From positions 620,001 through 684,000 of the forward strand of contig NW_027191406.1 of the NCBI RefSeq assembly GCF_041146345.1: a stretch of 64,000 nt of DNA. The letters are read 5' to 3'. Of this stretch, positions 12,101 to 23,606 are shown piece after piece. A model generated the notes under the pieces. It worked only from the letters and a program-made list of their open reading frames with translations. It was not told the DNA's origin and did no database searches. The number at the start of each line of letters is the position of its first letter. Position 1 is the first letter of the stretch. Made by a program: the position numbers and the translations under genes. This stretch comes from Neodothiora populina. Its lineage: Eukaryota.

Positions 12101-15100
12101 GGAGTGCACTCGAGATCATAGTAGCTTTGCGGCCCGAGATCCCATTCTTCGAAACCAAGCCAATGACCAAATTGTGCGATGATGGCAGATAGACATGCCA
12201 TCGTCGACCTACCAAGAGGAGACTCAAAAGTGATGTCCAACTTCGACTCTTCGCGGAACAAGTGCAATGCGAGCATTAGTTTACTAGCACAGAGCGTCCT
12301 GGCATCAGCACAGTCAGAACTGACCAACCATTCGAGCTCATGAGTCGCCACATCGTGGAGAAAGTGGCGAGCCACGGCTTCATACTCGGACATGGCGACT
12401 GGTACAGTGTTGTCAGGGCTGGAGTGCATACGCTGTTTGCTCTTTGTTCGAGACTTGGGGGTAGGCCTCTTCTTAGGGGTCGTTGAGCTCTGCAGCCAGC
12501 CCCAAGCCTGCTTTGGCAATGTCCTAGTTTCAGAGGAGGCACTCCTAGATGTGAGCTGACTATCGTATGCTGCAGTCGGATCTCCAGGCTTCGGCTCAAG
12601 ATGATGGGCATGGGACCTCGGCTTTACTGATCTACCAATGGACCCTACAGCTACGGCGAACAAGGCGACAATTAGAGCTTCCCACTCGATATCGAGACTC
12701 CCCTCAGGTTTCCGAAGCTTGCCAACAGCAAACCTCTGGTATACACTACACCATAGCATGGGTAGAGATCTGCCTTCCCGTCCTCGGAGTACGATCTGAC
12801 AAGTTTTGAGGATTCGCTTGATGACTATGTTCCTAGGGCTTAGAAGCAAGCGGAGGCGATGATCCCCACTTGGTGTCGCAATCATGATCTCTTGTGAGTG
12901 ACGTGATGTACCGAGGTTGAAAGGTTCGTCAGGAAGGCTGATAGTCCTTCGGTGTCCGACTTCTCGTCGGGCTCTGTCGAACATGTGATAGATGTGCGTC
13001 GGGTCGGACAACCTGAGTTTTTGAGGGAGGTAAATTGGGTAGGCGAGCCCCTGGGCGGGCACCATTCTCAATCCGCCTTTGGTCATTGAATAAATGAGAG
13101 CGTTAGAATTTCCATCTCTATAAGTTGCCACATCATGAACGTCAGACACTGTTTTGCGATCGTCCATTACGGGAATCGGCAACATTTCCGGATCAGCCTT
13201 GGCTTGGTCGCGAGGTTTCGATTCATGCTGTTTTCGGACACGATATGAGACCACCACCACATTGCCAGAATCTCTGTCAAGGACATGAATGTCGATGTGA
13301 CGGTCATCACTTTTGGTAGGTAGGTCACTCAGGAGAGTGAAGACTCTGACATGACCTTTCTGTAACAAATGCCTTTCATTTGGCTGTTCCGGTCTGTGTA
13401 ATGGGATCGAGTCGAGCTTTCGGGTCACCATTTCTTTCCTCAAGCCGTCTGGTCCACAGCCGAAAGCGGAGTCCAAGCTCCCGCTTTGGAGTGTGGCACC
13501 GATCAATCTTCCTGCAGATGCGTATTCATCATCGAGATATTCATCCTCCAGACGTAGACCACCACCTTCCGAGTGATCGTCAGCAGCGCCGATGCTTCGA
13601 CCGAATACGCTTCCAGGGGTAGATCCGCGGCTCTTCCGATACAGATTACTACCAAAGCTTCTGCGATCGTGAAAACTGCCAATCGAGGGGCCCCGCCGTC
13701 CGCCACCACCAAAACTGGCACCGAGGGCGGTCTGCCTTATTGATGGATCTCCACTAGGGGCTTCAATTCGTGAAAGCATTGAGCTCACTCGTGTTGGAGC
13801 CCTACTGGAACGCTTTATTGGCATGTAGTCTGGATCCATTCGCAACTCCATTGACTCTTCGCCGTCCGGTAATTGTCTCGATGTACCAGAATATTGCGAC
13901 ATTGCCGATTCCGTGGGAAGACGAATGGAGGCAGCCAAACTTTCTCGTGCCCTATCCATCTGTCTGATAGCAGGAGTAGTGAGACCAGTAAGAGTTCCGC
14001 TCGTTTGAGAATCTCCTTGTCGGATCCTCGCAGCCTTGTGCGCTGCTTTCTGGGCAAGCATGTCCGAGAGATTTTGTGGTTTCAGATACCATGCTTGCCA
14101 TACGTTGACATCCCAAGTCCGTGAGTTCAGCGTCACCATGAACAACAGAGGAGCACTTCCTACAGGGTTCACAGATGCGAGCTCATCTTCAGTGGACATA
14201 TATATCAACTGTTCGTCTTGATCCATCGGATCGTAATCTACGATCATGTCATCAGGGTCCTCGGCACGCGAGAAGCGCGAGATGCGGGAAAGAACATGTG
14301 ATACAGGCGCAAAGTCGGAAAGTGGGTTCGCAAGAGAATAGAACATAGGCAGTGTGCCCGGACCTTGGACGGAGTTCTCTGTGCTGATCACATTGAATAA
14401 AGCCTCAAACTGAGGGTTCATCCAGATCCGTTCATCCAGTGACCAAGCGCTGTCAGGCAAGGTAGAATTTGCACTGGGCTGGAGTGAAAGACAGGACTGA
14501 GAGGCAAAGGATGGATGCGGAGGAGGAGGAGGAGGTGGTGGTGGTGGTGGTGCATGATTCGGACTGAGAGCCTCCTGGCTTAACGGAGGCAATTTTCGCT
14601 GTATGACGATGCCTTGGTATGAAGCAAAAACTTGCTGGACTTCGAAAGGCAAGTTGACCACCCGACTCGGGCCAGACAGATAGTGGATTTGCACTTCATT
14701 CATGAGCACAATGACCAATGCTCGACTCGACCTCGAGACAAGAGGAGATGGACAATCGGCCAAGGGTATGGCGAATTTGGAGTCGGAACCTCTGCTACCC
14801 CAGCGAGCCGTACGCTGCATCTGCTCCTGAGCATGTTGATTACCCGTGTGTCTCAGATGGACAGCATGACCACCAGATGAGAGTGGCTGGTTTTGGGTTG
14901 TGTCATGAGGGAAACTTGTCAGTAGAGCCTGACACACTTTCTGCTCTGGCGAGGCAAATCTGTAGACTTTCCTCACATTGCCACCGATTGACCACACGAC
15001 GCAGTCGGCGGTGTATAGGACTTCTTCTTGATCACCATCGTGTTTGGAATTGCGAGTGAGCCAATGATAGCATGTCGAGTCGGCTGTTTCTGGTATGATG

Positions 15101-15165
15101 GACTCGCTAATCAGATAGGAAAGTGCTGAAGGACGATTCAAGCCCAGAGAAACAACATCAGCCAT
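9118..15165 (-). CDS. APC1: Anaphase-promoting complex subunit 1 (BimE/Cut4), ~2015 aa, single exon
   Basis: PC-repeat region motifs WAFFHSGVSAGL, HAGFLLALGINGHL, ESYRLAAGFALGYINLGKG and DNRVHLQAFRHFWVFAAEPR. First ATG is at 15165; the ORF-track start at 15192 is a TTG. Confidence 0.95.
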   Translation of the reverse strand: MADVVSLGLNRPSALSYLISESIIPETADSTCYHWLTRNSKHDGDQEEVLYTADCVVWSIGGNVRKVYRFASPEQKVCQALLTSFPHDTTQNQPLSSGGHAVHLRHTGNQHAQEQMQRTARWGSRGSDSKFAIPLADCPSPLVSRSSRALVIVLMNEVQIHYLSGPSRVVNLPFEVQQVFASYQGIVIQRKLPPLSQEALSPNHAPPPPPPPPPPPHPSFASQSCLSLQPSANSTLPDSAWSLDERIWMNPQFEALFNVISTENSVQGPGTLPMFYSLANPLSDFAPVSHVLSRISRFSRAEDPDDMIVDYDPMDQDEQLIYMSTEDELASVNPVGSAPLLFMVTLNSRTWDVNVWQAWYLKPQNLSDMLAQKAAHKAARIRQGDSQTSGTLTGLTTPAIRQMDRARESLAASIRLPTESAMSQYSGTSRQLPDGEESMELRMDPDYMPIKRSSRAPTRVSSMLSRIEAPSGDPSIRQTALGASFGGGGRRGPSIGSFHDRRSFGSNLYRKSRGSTPGSVFGRSIGAADDHSEGGGLRLEDEYLDDEYASAGRLIGATLQSGSLDSAFGCGPDGLRKEMVTRKLDSIPLHRPEQPNERHLLQKGHVRVFTLLSDLPTKSDDRHIDIHVLDRDSGNVVVVSYRVRKQHESKPRDQAKADPEMLPIPVMDDRKTVSDVHDVATYRDGNSNALIYSMTKGGLRMVPAQGLAYPIYLPQKLRLSDPTHIYHMFDRARREVGHRRTISLPDEPFNLGTSRHSQEIMIATPSGDHRLRLLLSPRNIVIKRILKTCQIVLRGREGRSLPMLWCSVYQRFAVGKLRKPEGSLDIEWEALIVALFAVAVGSIGRSVKPRSHAHHLEPKPGDPTAAYDSQLTSRSASSETRTLPKQAWGWLQSSTTPKKRPTPKSRTKSKQRMHSSPDNTVPVAMSEYEAVARHFLHDVATHELEWLVSSDCADARTLCASKLMLALHLFREESKLDITFESPLGRSTMACLSAIIAQFGHWLGFEEWDLGPQSYYDLECTPRQWELSSSTMRKTNALLLIHHLRPPSIYEWIGQSLLKGNKEAYLTLEQIASIGATARSSSSRTRLEKEVLPRSCALQQLAGQFDRIGSLPETAVEVLAACGLTSRVIATLPEAVLAPIREAITRCQSKPPTTWPSNLLQFIGREDLLVLAEPDSMVRQDKRTSRGSKALIPPHDMQTIYTSADRVSLLSKSHEADRHAIVSLIFSEDRRFVDALRLLNPTLVQVAECPPQPEWSEVEHLDQQKRVMNWVMVRTIALAPGFAMVHFESQRPLLSEHFAIKGFSTSCQMKPMDTTITADRTTLTEDKFGWAFFHSGVSAGLTISQNAKGIDTSWIVFNKPHELGNRHAGFLLALGINGHLRNLAKWLAFKYLTPKHNMTSVGLLLGLSASHIGSMDTLITRMLSVHITRMLPPGAAELNVSPSTQTAGLMGIGLLYYNTQHRRMSEVMLSEIEHREIEDPGSTMDVLRDESYRLAAGFALGYINLGKGRNLQGLRSMRLLERLLNVAIGPRPVDLVHVVDKATAGAVIAIALIYMKTGDQSVAQKITVPDTVAQLEHVRPDMLLLRTVAKHLIMWNDITGRPGWIRANLPQHMGSRYYGHDHSALIYETARSPQLKSADVPFFNVVTGLAWSLSLRFAGSGNQAARDDVLGALKLFITVAKQEAFYYDAKLARNTVRRCIDVLALAAATIMAGTGDLETFRYLRSLHGRIDPETSYGSHMATHLAIGALFLGGGTYTFGTSIFAIAALLCAFYPLFPSDVSDNRVHLQAFRHFWVFAAEPRCLVVQDIDTARPIDMNLSVVLRDGTESFMTAPCLLPEIDTIARISTHNPAYWQVTIDFATNPDHISAFRQRQTIFVRRSYSYDSSSTVFSSALASINDVQTGLVASRGMWKWILSLPAFSDFDQTLLDLILPADVHSAIHLDEHGTVYDTRLALMKSVAKSHDRDALWNLRLLFQWAQDSIERSDGHLRWIGRGTVNMLRANVSQRMQRSAIAA

Positions 15166-15296
15166 GGTAGGGTACGGCACACTCTGCAACAATCAACATG
15201 ATTGTGCAATAGCAATTGCGGCAGAAAGATGATCGACTGAGAGGCAGTCAATTAGCATCGTGGTGTTGACATTTATTTTGACTTGATCTGGTCGAG

Positions 15297-15302
15297 ACGC
15301 GT
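15297..15302. promoter_or_regulatory. MCB-like element (ACGCGT) in the APC1/NUP37 bidirectional promoter
   Basis: Exact ACGCGT in the 290-bp divergent intergenic region; function is inferred. Confidence 0.35.
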
Positions 15303-15455
15303 CGTTTACGCCTTCCCCACACCCTTTGGTGTTGATCGTCTTTGTGGTGTCTTCAGTTCAAGCACGGAAGCCAAAGCTTCTCCACAACATGCATCTATCT
15401 TTGCCGACATCAACAATTAACAAGCATTGTCGCCACTTCTGCCACACCGCCCGTC

Positions 15456-17529
15456 ATGTTCGACGAATATGATCGGACAGACAAGTTACCTGACCCGCAC
15501 GTTTCGCGTCACGGAAGGCGGGCTCACTTGAGGTTGGTCTTCACTGTGGGCGGAAAGCGATCTCAAAAGACTGATTCATCTTATTGACTATCATATCAGG
15601 TATGAGACATCACAGCGACTCTATCTCTCCAAGGTCTATCCCACGCGCTCACATCGAGGCGCCGAGGTCATCGTCTCTGGCCATGAGGACGGTGTCAGCA
15701 TCATATGGAAAGGCGGCAAACCTCTGAGCGCAAAGTCGCGCATGGTCATCGCCCAGGACAAGAAAGACCCCAATGGAGCGCCCTCAAAAACAGAATGGAA
15801 CGGAGTGGTCTCTGCCCAGGAGCTGGATCAAGCAGGCAAGCCTTTGGTCACACATCCAATCACTGGCGACGACAGACCGGCTTTCTCCTCCGAGGAACAA
15901 GAGCCAAACGAGGACGGAACGAGCATACCTTTTACCCAGGAACTCAACCTCTCATTAGGTAGCCCTGTGCTAGACCTGGCTTTTCCCACTATACCGCCGC
16001 CACCATCTTCGAGTCCTCTATTCGACCCACACGTACCTTTACTATGTCAGACCAACATCGTGTTCATCGTGGTTTGCGCAGACGCTTCGGTGAAGCTGAT
16101 CACAATCCCACTGACACCTCCGAGTGCTTCTGCAAAGCGCTCGAAAACTCTGGGAGCCCAGATCTGTACTCTTTTCCATGCAACGCCTGGTCGAGAAATT
16201 CCTAGGGCTGCTACACTCACCTGGACTTCCCGGGATAACACGCCTTCTGACACTGCCGGCGATACTACGATGGAAGATGCTGGTCCATTGAACCCGAGAG
16301 ATCAGAAGCTGGATCTTCTTGTCGCTGTGGCTGTCTGTGAGACGGCCAGCGCCTTACACTTTTTCCGCGTTCCTACCGAGTTCGATCCGGCCTCCGGAGG
16401 AAGGCTCCCTGCGGCCGCCCAGACTTTTCAAACAGTCCAGCTTGCTGCTCCAGCCCAGCACGTCTCGTTCAGCCCAGCAACATACCCATCTCCTTGGCAC
16501 TCACAACTCTTGCTCACTGATGCAAAAGGTATGCTACGCATATATGACCCTCTAATTTCCGACACTTCGCACAGCCGGCCCTCTTCCCGAGACTCTGTAC
16601 AAGCTGCCCCAGCTCCGCTAGGAGCATGGGTGATATCATTCAGTAGCCCGTTCCATCTCACAAAGGAGACTCTCAGCGCCCACTCCGCACTAGCTCGGCG
16701 GAAAAGCATTCTCGACGCATGTTGGGTTTCAGCTGGCCGTTCCGTCATGGCCCTTTTCAGTGATGGAGAGTGGGGCATATGGAACGTTGAAGCAGCTGCG
16801 CCCAAGTCTTTGAACAAGGGCCCAGCGACACCACTGAGCTCTTTTGCCCTCCGAGGCTTCATCGCAGAGGGATCGGGTACCGATCATGCTGCAGCGGATC
16901 TGAGAAGCAGGTCGAATCAGCGGCTTGCACCGATGACTCCCAACACGCGTAGAGTACGTCAAGAGTCGCTCTTCAGTGGCCCTACAAATGCGGCTTCTGG
17001 CAATGCACGAAGGGGAGGGATATCCGCCGTGTCGACTCACGATACCCACGGTTCGGCCGATGACTCGATTGTTTTGTGGTTCGGAGGCGAAGCGTACCAC
17101 GTCCCTAGTCTGATCTCATACTGGCAAAGGAGCGTAAGTAGCAGTGGAAAGGATGTTGGCTCGCTGTATGGCCCAGGTCTCGCCCGCATCGAAGGCCTCG
17201 AGATGTGTGGGGAGATTCTCAACAACGTTGCGCAATTCCCTGCCCCCCATATGCCGGTCAGCCTCAGCGGTATTGCTCACAACGAAATCATCGTGACTGG
17301 CGAATACCGTTTCACAATTATCACAACAGTGCGACCAGAAACGCCGGCGCGCTCTCTGTTTACCCGTGACACGAGCCATGTCTCCACGGCGATCGACTTG
17401 CACCTCCTCGAGAAGGGAGAACTCGATCTCGGTGGCGTTGACCGACTTCTCGACGATATGGGGCCTCTTGGCGGTGAACATATCAATGGGTTTGGTGGCA
17501 GGCCAAAACGGGTTGGTTTCGCTCGTTGA
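15456..17529 (+). CDS. NUP37: Probable nucleoporin Nup37 (WD40-like beta-propeller); exons 15456-15532, 15600-17529
   Basis: Intron 15533-15599 (GTTGGT..TTGAC..CAG) joins the upstream exon in frame. KVYPxxxxxGAEVIVSGHEDGVSIIWKGGKP, RKSILDACWV..DGEWGIW and LAPMTPNTRR resemble Pezizomycotina Nup37. Confidence 0.72.
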
Positions 17530-18268
17530 ACGCTTTTCACGAAACCCAGAACGGCACAGACGCAGGTCAAGAGCATATACCCATAAGGTTTGGATAGATA
17601 TCAGCATTGCATCTTCCCACCACCCGCAATCTCTGCATCACCGCTACTTCCTCGTGACACTTTCCCTCTCCCATTCTTCACATTCTTCGCGTTGCAAGGT
17701 GGAGCATTACTCGATCAAGTGCCATGATCTCTGCTCAGTATTCAACGCGATATATTGAAAGATCTGCAGCGCGCACAATGCGACAGTCTTCCTGTTGTTG
17801 AGAGCGCGCTCGGTCAAGACATCTTTTATCGCAAAACCCTGTATCCGTTGTTTCTGCATTCCTTTTTTGTCCGAGTAGAGGAGAGAAACGAGGACATGGT
17901 ATTGCATTGAGCCTTTTCCTTTTTTACTGTTTACTTCTTCTTTCGGGATCACTCCCGAGAGATAGATATAGACGGTGATTCAGATTGCTCCTCGTTCGAT
18001 ATGCTACTGTGTTTCTGTTTTCTCCTTCTCTCTGATGTGGACTGCTTTGACGTAGGGGTTGGTGTCACATTTTAGTCATTTCTTTTGTTGTCCTCATGTG
18101 CTATCTTCGTGTGTTGAAATGGTTATATATGTTTCGATTACTTTGCTCAATCATCTTCTATTTATGACCGAGGAGGGGGTATCTTCGATGGAAAGGGAAA
18201 ACAGAAAAAGACTACCGGGACGTGGTATTAAGCGACGAAAAGAAGTGACGTCCCTGGACCTGCTCGTG

Positions 18269-18282
18269 TATATATATATATA
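18269..18282. repeat. (TA)7 microsatellite
   Basis: Direct reading of the sequence. Confidence 0.9.
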
Positions 18283-18419
18283 GGTCCCCTCTGCCCGACC
18301 TGTATGCCCATCTGCCTGACTCGGCGTCAACCCGAGACATACCTATGCACCGCCAAACGCCAAGAACACCCACCTATAAACACCAACCTTTAGCCCTGGC
18401 AACGACCAACAAGCACTAC

Positions 18420-20104
18420 TCACCCTCTCCCCGCGCGTAAATCAACGACTTCAAACTGCAAACCGTCCAGTTCACAAACGTGGCCGGGTCTCAGCGCGTC
18501 GGTGTAGAGATTCGTCTGCGCGTGCGGGTGGAAGATGCCCGGCTGGTTGCAGCTCAGGATGGCGTTTTTGCCCGTCGGGTCTGTCAGGCGGAAGATGCCA
18601 TGGCTGGGTTGTGCTTAGTGTTGCGTCATGAGAATGTGTTGCCACGGAGGGAGAACAGACGAGAAGCAAGGCAAGGAAGGACAGGGGGGGGGGGAGGGAT
18701 CCAAAAACATACTCTGGGGATTTACTAGGCGCACACACAATAGCCACACTCTCCGGCAGCATGACCTGATAGCCAACACTAGTATGCAAATCTCTAGAGC
18801 TCAAGAAACAGGTCTGGGAAGGGTGCGTGTGGATCCATCCGCAGACAGTCAGGCCCTGACCATCGACATGATCAAACAGATCGACGTCGCCTTGCTCGGT
18901 GACTTCGCATGTGTCGCTTGTGCTGATCTGGTCGGGCACGACGAGGCGCGAGATGAAGAATGCGTTGGAAATCAGGCTGCCGCAGAGGATGGCGCAGGTC
19001 TCGAGGTTCGAGGCTGTGTTTTTGGCGGCGATGGAGAGGAAGGAAGAACGGAAGGCGGTAGGCAGGAAGAGGGTGCGGAGAGGTAGGCCGCCTTCGGTCT
19101 TGGCGCTGCTCTCGAAGGTGTAGGATGTTGATGAGAGATCTTCTGTCTTTGGAGGCAAGGTAGGAGCAGTGCTAGACGGTAGCGATGTGTCGAGAGCGTG
19201 TTTGGAGGGTAATGCTGGTGCCTTGGAAGGGACGAGTGGTGGTGAGGAGATGGCAGAGATGGCAGATTTGGGCGGAAGAGTAGGCGCTAGAGAAAGATCG
19301 CGCGACTGCGGCACTGTTGGGTAATTGTACCGTGAGGCCAAAGGGGTTTTGCTGTTGCTGTCCTCGGTGTGACGTGACTTGGAGCCGTCGAGCTGCATGC
19401 CGATTGCTCTGATACCATTGCTGAGGTCGTCCATGTTCGCGTCGCCGTGCTCCTGCCTGCTCGCATCGATCCTCCTCAACTCTCGATTGGCCAGCATGAG
19501 GGCGAGCTCGTTGTGTCTACCAGCGTTCAAGACCAACGAGTCTGAGCCGTCAAAAGACTGTGAAGGCGACTCGGATGCAAGGACGGCATGTTGGGCTGCG
19601 GCCTCGCCCTTGCCATCCGCCGCGGCTTGTCGCGGCGCACTTCTCCTGCGCATGAGCTCCTGGTATCTCTCATGTCGTCTCTTCAGCTCCGGCTTGAGCA
19701 CCTCCAGACGCGCAATGTCCTGGTTGACCTCTTTCCTGACCCTCGCCAAAGCAGGTTTGAACTCGGCACTCGTCTTCGCGTCCGGATGCTTTGCGATTTG
19801 CGAAAAGTAGAACTCGGCATGCCGGTAGTAGAAGAGGTACGCGGCTTCCGCATTGCCGTCTCGCTCGTAGTTGGCAGCCTAAGAGTGCACAAGCTCGGGT
19901 CAGGACGTTTCCTTTCGATTCATGGTGATTGATGATGCCTGCAAAGGAAACACGGAGGAATGGATCGATGGCTCATACTTGGTTGAGCATGCTCTGGGCT
20001 GTGCGAAGGGCTATGCGCAGCGGGTAGCTTGTGTCGTGGTCGAAGTTGGAGGCATCTTGGACGATTTCCTCTATGCTCTTGGGAGGCCGTGGCTTGTCAG
20101 ACAT
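18420..20104 (-). CDS. AMSH/STAMBP-like JAMM (MPN+) deubiquitinase with N-terminal USP8-dimer/MIT-like domain; exons 20104-19979, 19878-18713, 18603-18420
   Basis: NLETCAILCG and JAMM motif GWIHTHPSQTCFLSSRDLHT. Spliced C-terminus GIFRLTDP..FHPH..FEVVDLR. Introns are GT-AG and keep frame. Confidence 0.92.
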
Positions 20105-20558
20105 GGCGGTGTCTGCGGACGGTGTACAGATGAGTCTGTCTGGTGTTTGTTTGTTCAAAGTGTACGAGGGGAAGTGGACAGGGTCACTTCCAGTGAGATG
20201 GAATGTGCTGCTGCACCATGACGTTGTCGTCGTCGCTCTTTCCCTTTTCCCCCACACTTTGCGGAGAGATGATCCCAACACCCCCGAACCTTTTTTTCTT
20301 TGCGGACGACAATTAATTAGTAGAATTCGATGATCATTTCAAGGAGCATCTCGAGAAGATTTATTTGTCCTCTACATACTGTACGTTTCTCGTGTCGGAA
20401 ACGCGTGAGTCGGTGTCTTCTATAGCATCTCTCTCCAGACTGCTGCACCTTCTTGTTTCGTGGCGCATATCAGACTTTCGGCCTCCATGTGAGCCTGTGC
20501 TCCTTCCATAGAACTCATGTCTGCAATTCATATCGACTCTCCCTACAACTAGACCAGA

Positions 20559-22415
20559 ATGGCCACAAAGACGGCTTCGAATATGGCGGCAGTCTTAGAC
20601 ACGACCAAGAAGTTTCCCTTGAGCAAAACTCTGGCTTCCATCTTCCCTTATGACACACTCGGCTTCACCAGAAGAATAAAGGTCTCGGATACTATTGACA
20701 TCGTGAGTCCCGATCTCTGCGGTACGTACGCAGCCGTGAGATGCTCCGACCGAGTCGACTGATTACAAAACACAGACGATGTACTGAACTATATCGGACC
20801 CTCCTTGGAGGAATACAAAGGCTGCGACATCATCGACATACACCCCGGAGCTTGTCTGTGGTCGCAGAAACTTCATGACTTCCTCAAGCCCCGTCGCCAC
20901 CTTCTCATGGAGCCTGACCAGAGATACTATGAGCCGTTTGTAGAGCCTCTTCTAACGACTCCCGGTTCGACCTATCGACACACGCTCTTGTCTGGGGCAC
21001 ACCCCAAGGAATACTTTAGCTCTTATGAGCAGATCTTCAATGACGAGGAACTACTTTACAAGAAGAAGCCGCTTGCCGCCGGCGATCCCCAGTTGCGGAA
21101 GCCCAACAAATCAATACTCGTCACTGGCACCTTGTCTCGACGCTACAGAGACAAGCGCTCTCACATCAACCACGTCAATCATGCAAACATGCTGCTCAAC
21201 CACATGGTTCACGCCTCCCAGACCAATTCTCTGTTTCACGTTCACGGTCTGGTCCGCATGCTCTTCTGGCATCCCGACATCTCCAGGACCTCTGTGATAC
21301 CCGGTATGGCCTCGATAAGATCTGGCTTTTCCGCCGCCTTGGATGCCGCCGCCGATCTGGTGGAAGTAGCCGGACGGGACAGATCCATCTACATGGACGA
21401 GGACGAACACGAGAACAGACTGTCCGGCAAATACCGCAAGCCTGATCTGGAGATACTGAGCGCGGAGAATGTCATGGAGAAAATGGAGCGCAAGGGCATG
21501 CATATGCCTGCATGTCGTCAACCAATCCTCTACAAGGCGGCGCTGCAACGCAAAGGTCTGTCTCCAGCCGAGAGAGCAGATACTCTCAGAGCCCAACCCA
21601 TCGCCCATCTCCCGGAGGACTTTTCTTTGCCCGAGGCTTTGGATGCGCATGAGGAGAGACTCAAGAACTTTTGCAAAGTAGTCCTGAGGACAACAAAGAG
21701 CCCTCGAGAAGTGTTGGATTTTCCTTACAAGTACAAGTTCCCCGAAAGTGCGACGAAGACACTGAAAGAGAAGGAACGCGCGCGCATCGGACCCTTTATG
21801 GACATCTGGGGCGACCATCTGGCACTGGAAGTGGTGCTGGCGAAACAGAAATCAAAATCTCCAGACAAAGTCTCGGCTGAGGTGGAGCAAAAGCTACGAC
21901 GATTGGCGGTGCAATTGCGAGAAGCATTCTTGCACAAGAACATGATAGCCAAACAGTCACGTGTGCATGCGCAATCCATGGTCAACGAAGCGCACGCCTT
22001 CGACACCAAGATGCTGGCGCACGACCGCCGGCCGTATGAGACGCTGGTGGTCGAATCCAACGAGTTCTGGCCCCGTTTCGGCATGTTCCTGCTTGACATC
22101 CAACCGAGACAAGAAAACATGGCAGACGAGGTCATGTCGGCGGTCACGGCCAGCACGACAATGCGCGAGCTGGTGACGGCGCTGTTCCAGCTACATGCTT
22201 CGTCAGTAGCGGTTGCTCTCGACCGCATGGCACCTAATGCCGCGCAAGATCTGTTGCCACAGGCACCGTCGATAATGGATGCGAGCAAGGGTGGACGACT
22301 GGATGCCGAAGACATGACGGTGCGCATGCTCACGCGGGATATGATTCGGGAGCTCACGAGCGCATATCTCGAGTGGCCGTTCAAGCCTGATTCGACCGAG
22401 GATGGCGGCACTTAG
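20559..22415 (+). CDS. MTF1: Mitochondrial transcription factor mtTFB/Mtf1-like (KsgA SAM-methyltransferase fold); exons 20559-20721, 20776-22415; start uncertain
   Basis: IVSPDLC|DDVLNYIGPSLEEYKGCDIIDIHPGACLWSQKLHDFLKPRRHLLMEPD, GLVRMLFW and C-terminal VRMLT..AYLEWPFKP match fungal Mtf1 homologues. Confidence 0.8.
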
Positions 22416-22743
22416 TGTAGTTGTTGTCCGGTATTGTTTCATCTGTTCACACCATGTAAATCATCATGTAAGTAGACCATATGCCTGTATGAACATAGAA
22501 GAGCAGTTATAGAAGGTTGAAGGGCTTTTCTTGTGTCTGCTGTTGTTACAAAAAATGTCCCTGATCTGGGGATATACACATGTCCACCACAGCGATCGCA
22601 TCCGCCGCATTCACTTCGTCTGTCTGGGCTTCCCTTTTCTTCTAGTGTGTGCCCGTCCTGAAAACGCCCGCTATCCCATGCAAACAAAACCCCGCTTTTC
22701 TTGTCCCCGAGGCAGCCACCAATCTTTAGGTAGAGCAATCCAT

Positions 22744-23320
22744 CTACTTCTCTCCACCCTTGCCCTTTCCGCTCCTCTTCGCTTCATCATTCGAGCCAGC
22801 AGCACCTCCATCAGCAATCGCCTCTTGCCCGTAATTCGCAATAAGGTCGAGCAGAGACTCCTCCTGCACAGAAGGATCCAGCGCCTCCTCTCCATCGCGA
22901 GCCTGATCATGTCCTCATTAGCCAAACCCCCCCCAAAAGCGAAAGCAAAAAAAACAAAAAAAGAACAAGGAGAATCCTCACCTCCTCGGCCCCAACAACA
23001 GTCTCAGCATCCCAACCCCTACCAAAGCGGCCTCTGAACCTCTTGAGCCGCCCGGCCTCGTCCTCCTCGATATTCAACAGCTTCTGACTGCTCGGGTTCC
23101 ACAGCGCGCTGTTGCGCACGTCTTTGGTGCTGCGGTAGATGGGCATCGGCGACGTCGTGCGTTGCGTGAAGGTGCTGCCGTCGGAGAGCGTGACTAGTTG
23201 GGTGAAGGTGTAGGGCCGCTTTGGGCGGCGCAGTAGAGAGGCGTGGCGGGTTTGTTGGTGCGTGATGGTGGTGCTGAACTGAGCTGTGCTGCTCGTTCGT
23301 CGGGTGGTTTGGGAGAGCAT
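22744..23320 (-). CDS. MRPL36: Mitochondrial large-subunit ribosomal protein bL31m; exons 23320-22982, 22902-22744
   Basis: RRPKRPYTFTQLVTLSDGSTF..KDVRNSALWNPS..EDEAGRLKRFRGRFGRGWD. Intron GTGAGG..GCTAAT..CAG. A possible upstream intron (23450-23391) would allow an in-frame ATG at 23476. Confidence 0.88.
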
Positions 23321-23606
23321 GGTTGCAGGTTGTCCTTTCCAGTGGATGGGCGTTGTGGGTCCTGACCTGGGTTGTCGAGGTGCTGTTGTGCTGTATACCT
23401 CAGGTATACTCAAAGGGCGTCGTCCAAGAAGTTTCAATGCCAAGCCTCACCTCCGTCTTCCGCTCCGCCCCCACATAAGATAGATAGAGTCCGAGGGAAG
23501 GGAACATCGTCTTTGAAGATCGGCCAGAAACAAGAGACGATAATAACAATATCGATATCGCTGTCTGTCGACCGTTGCTGCAAGAAAAGGCATTGGCCAC
23601 AACAGA

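Noticed and set aside
19939..19978. Proximal acceptor giving a 40-nt first intron in the AMSH gene
   Set aside because: It leads to an in-frame stop and has no branch site; the acceptor at 19879 keeps frame.
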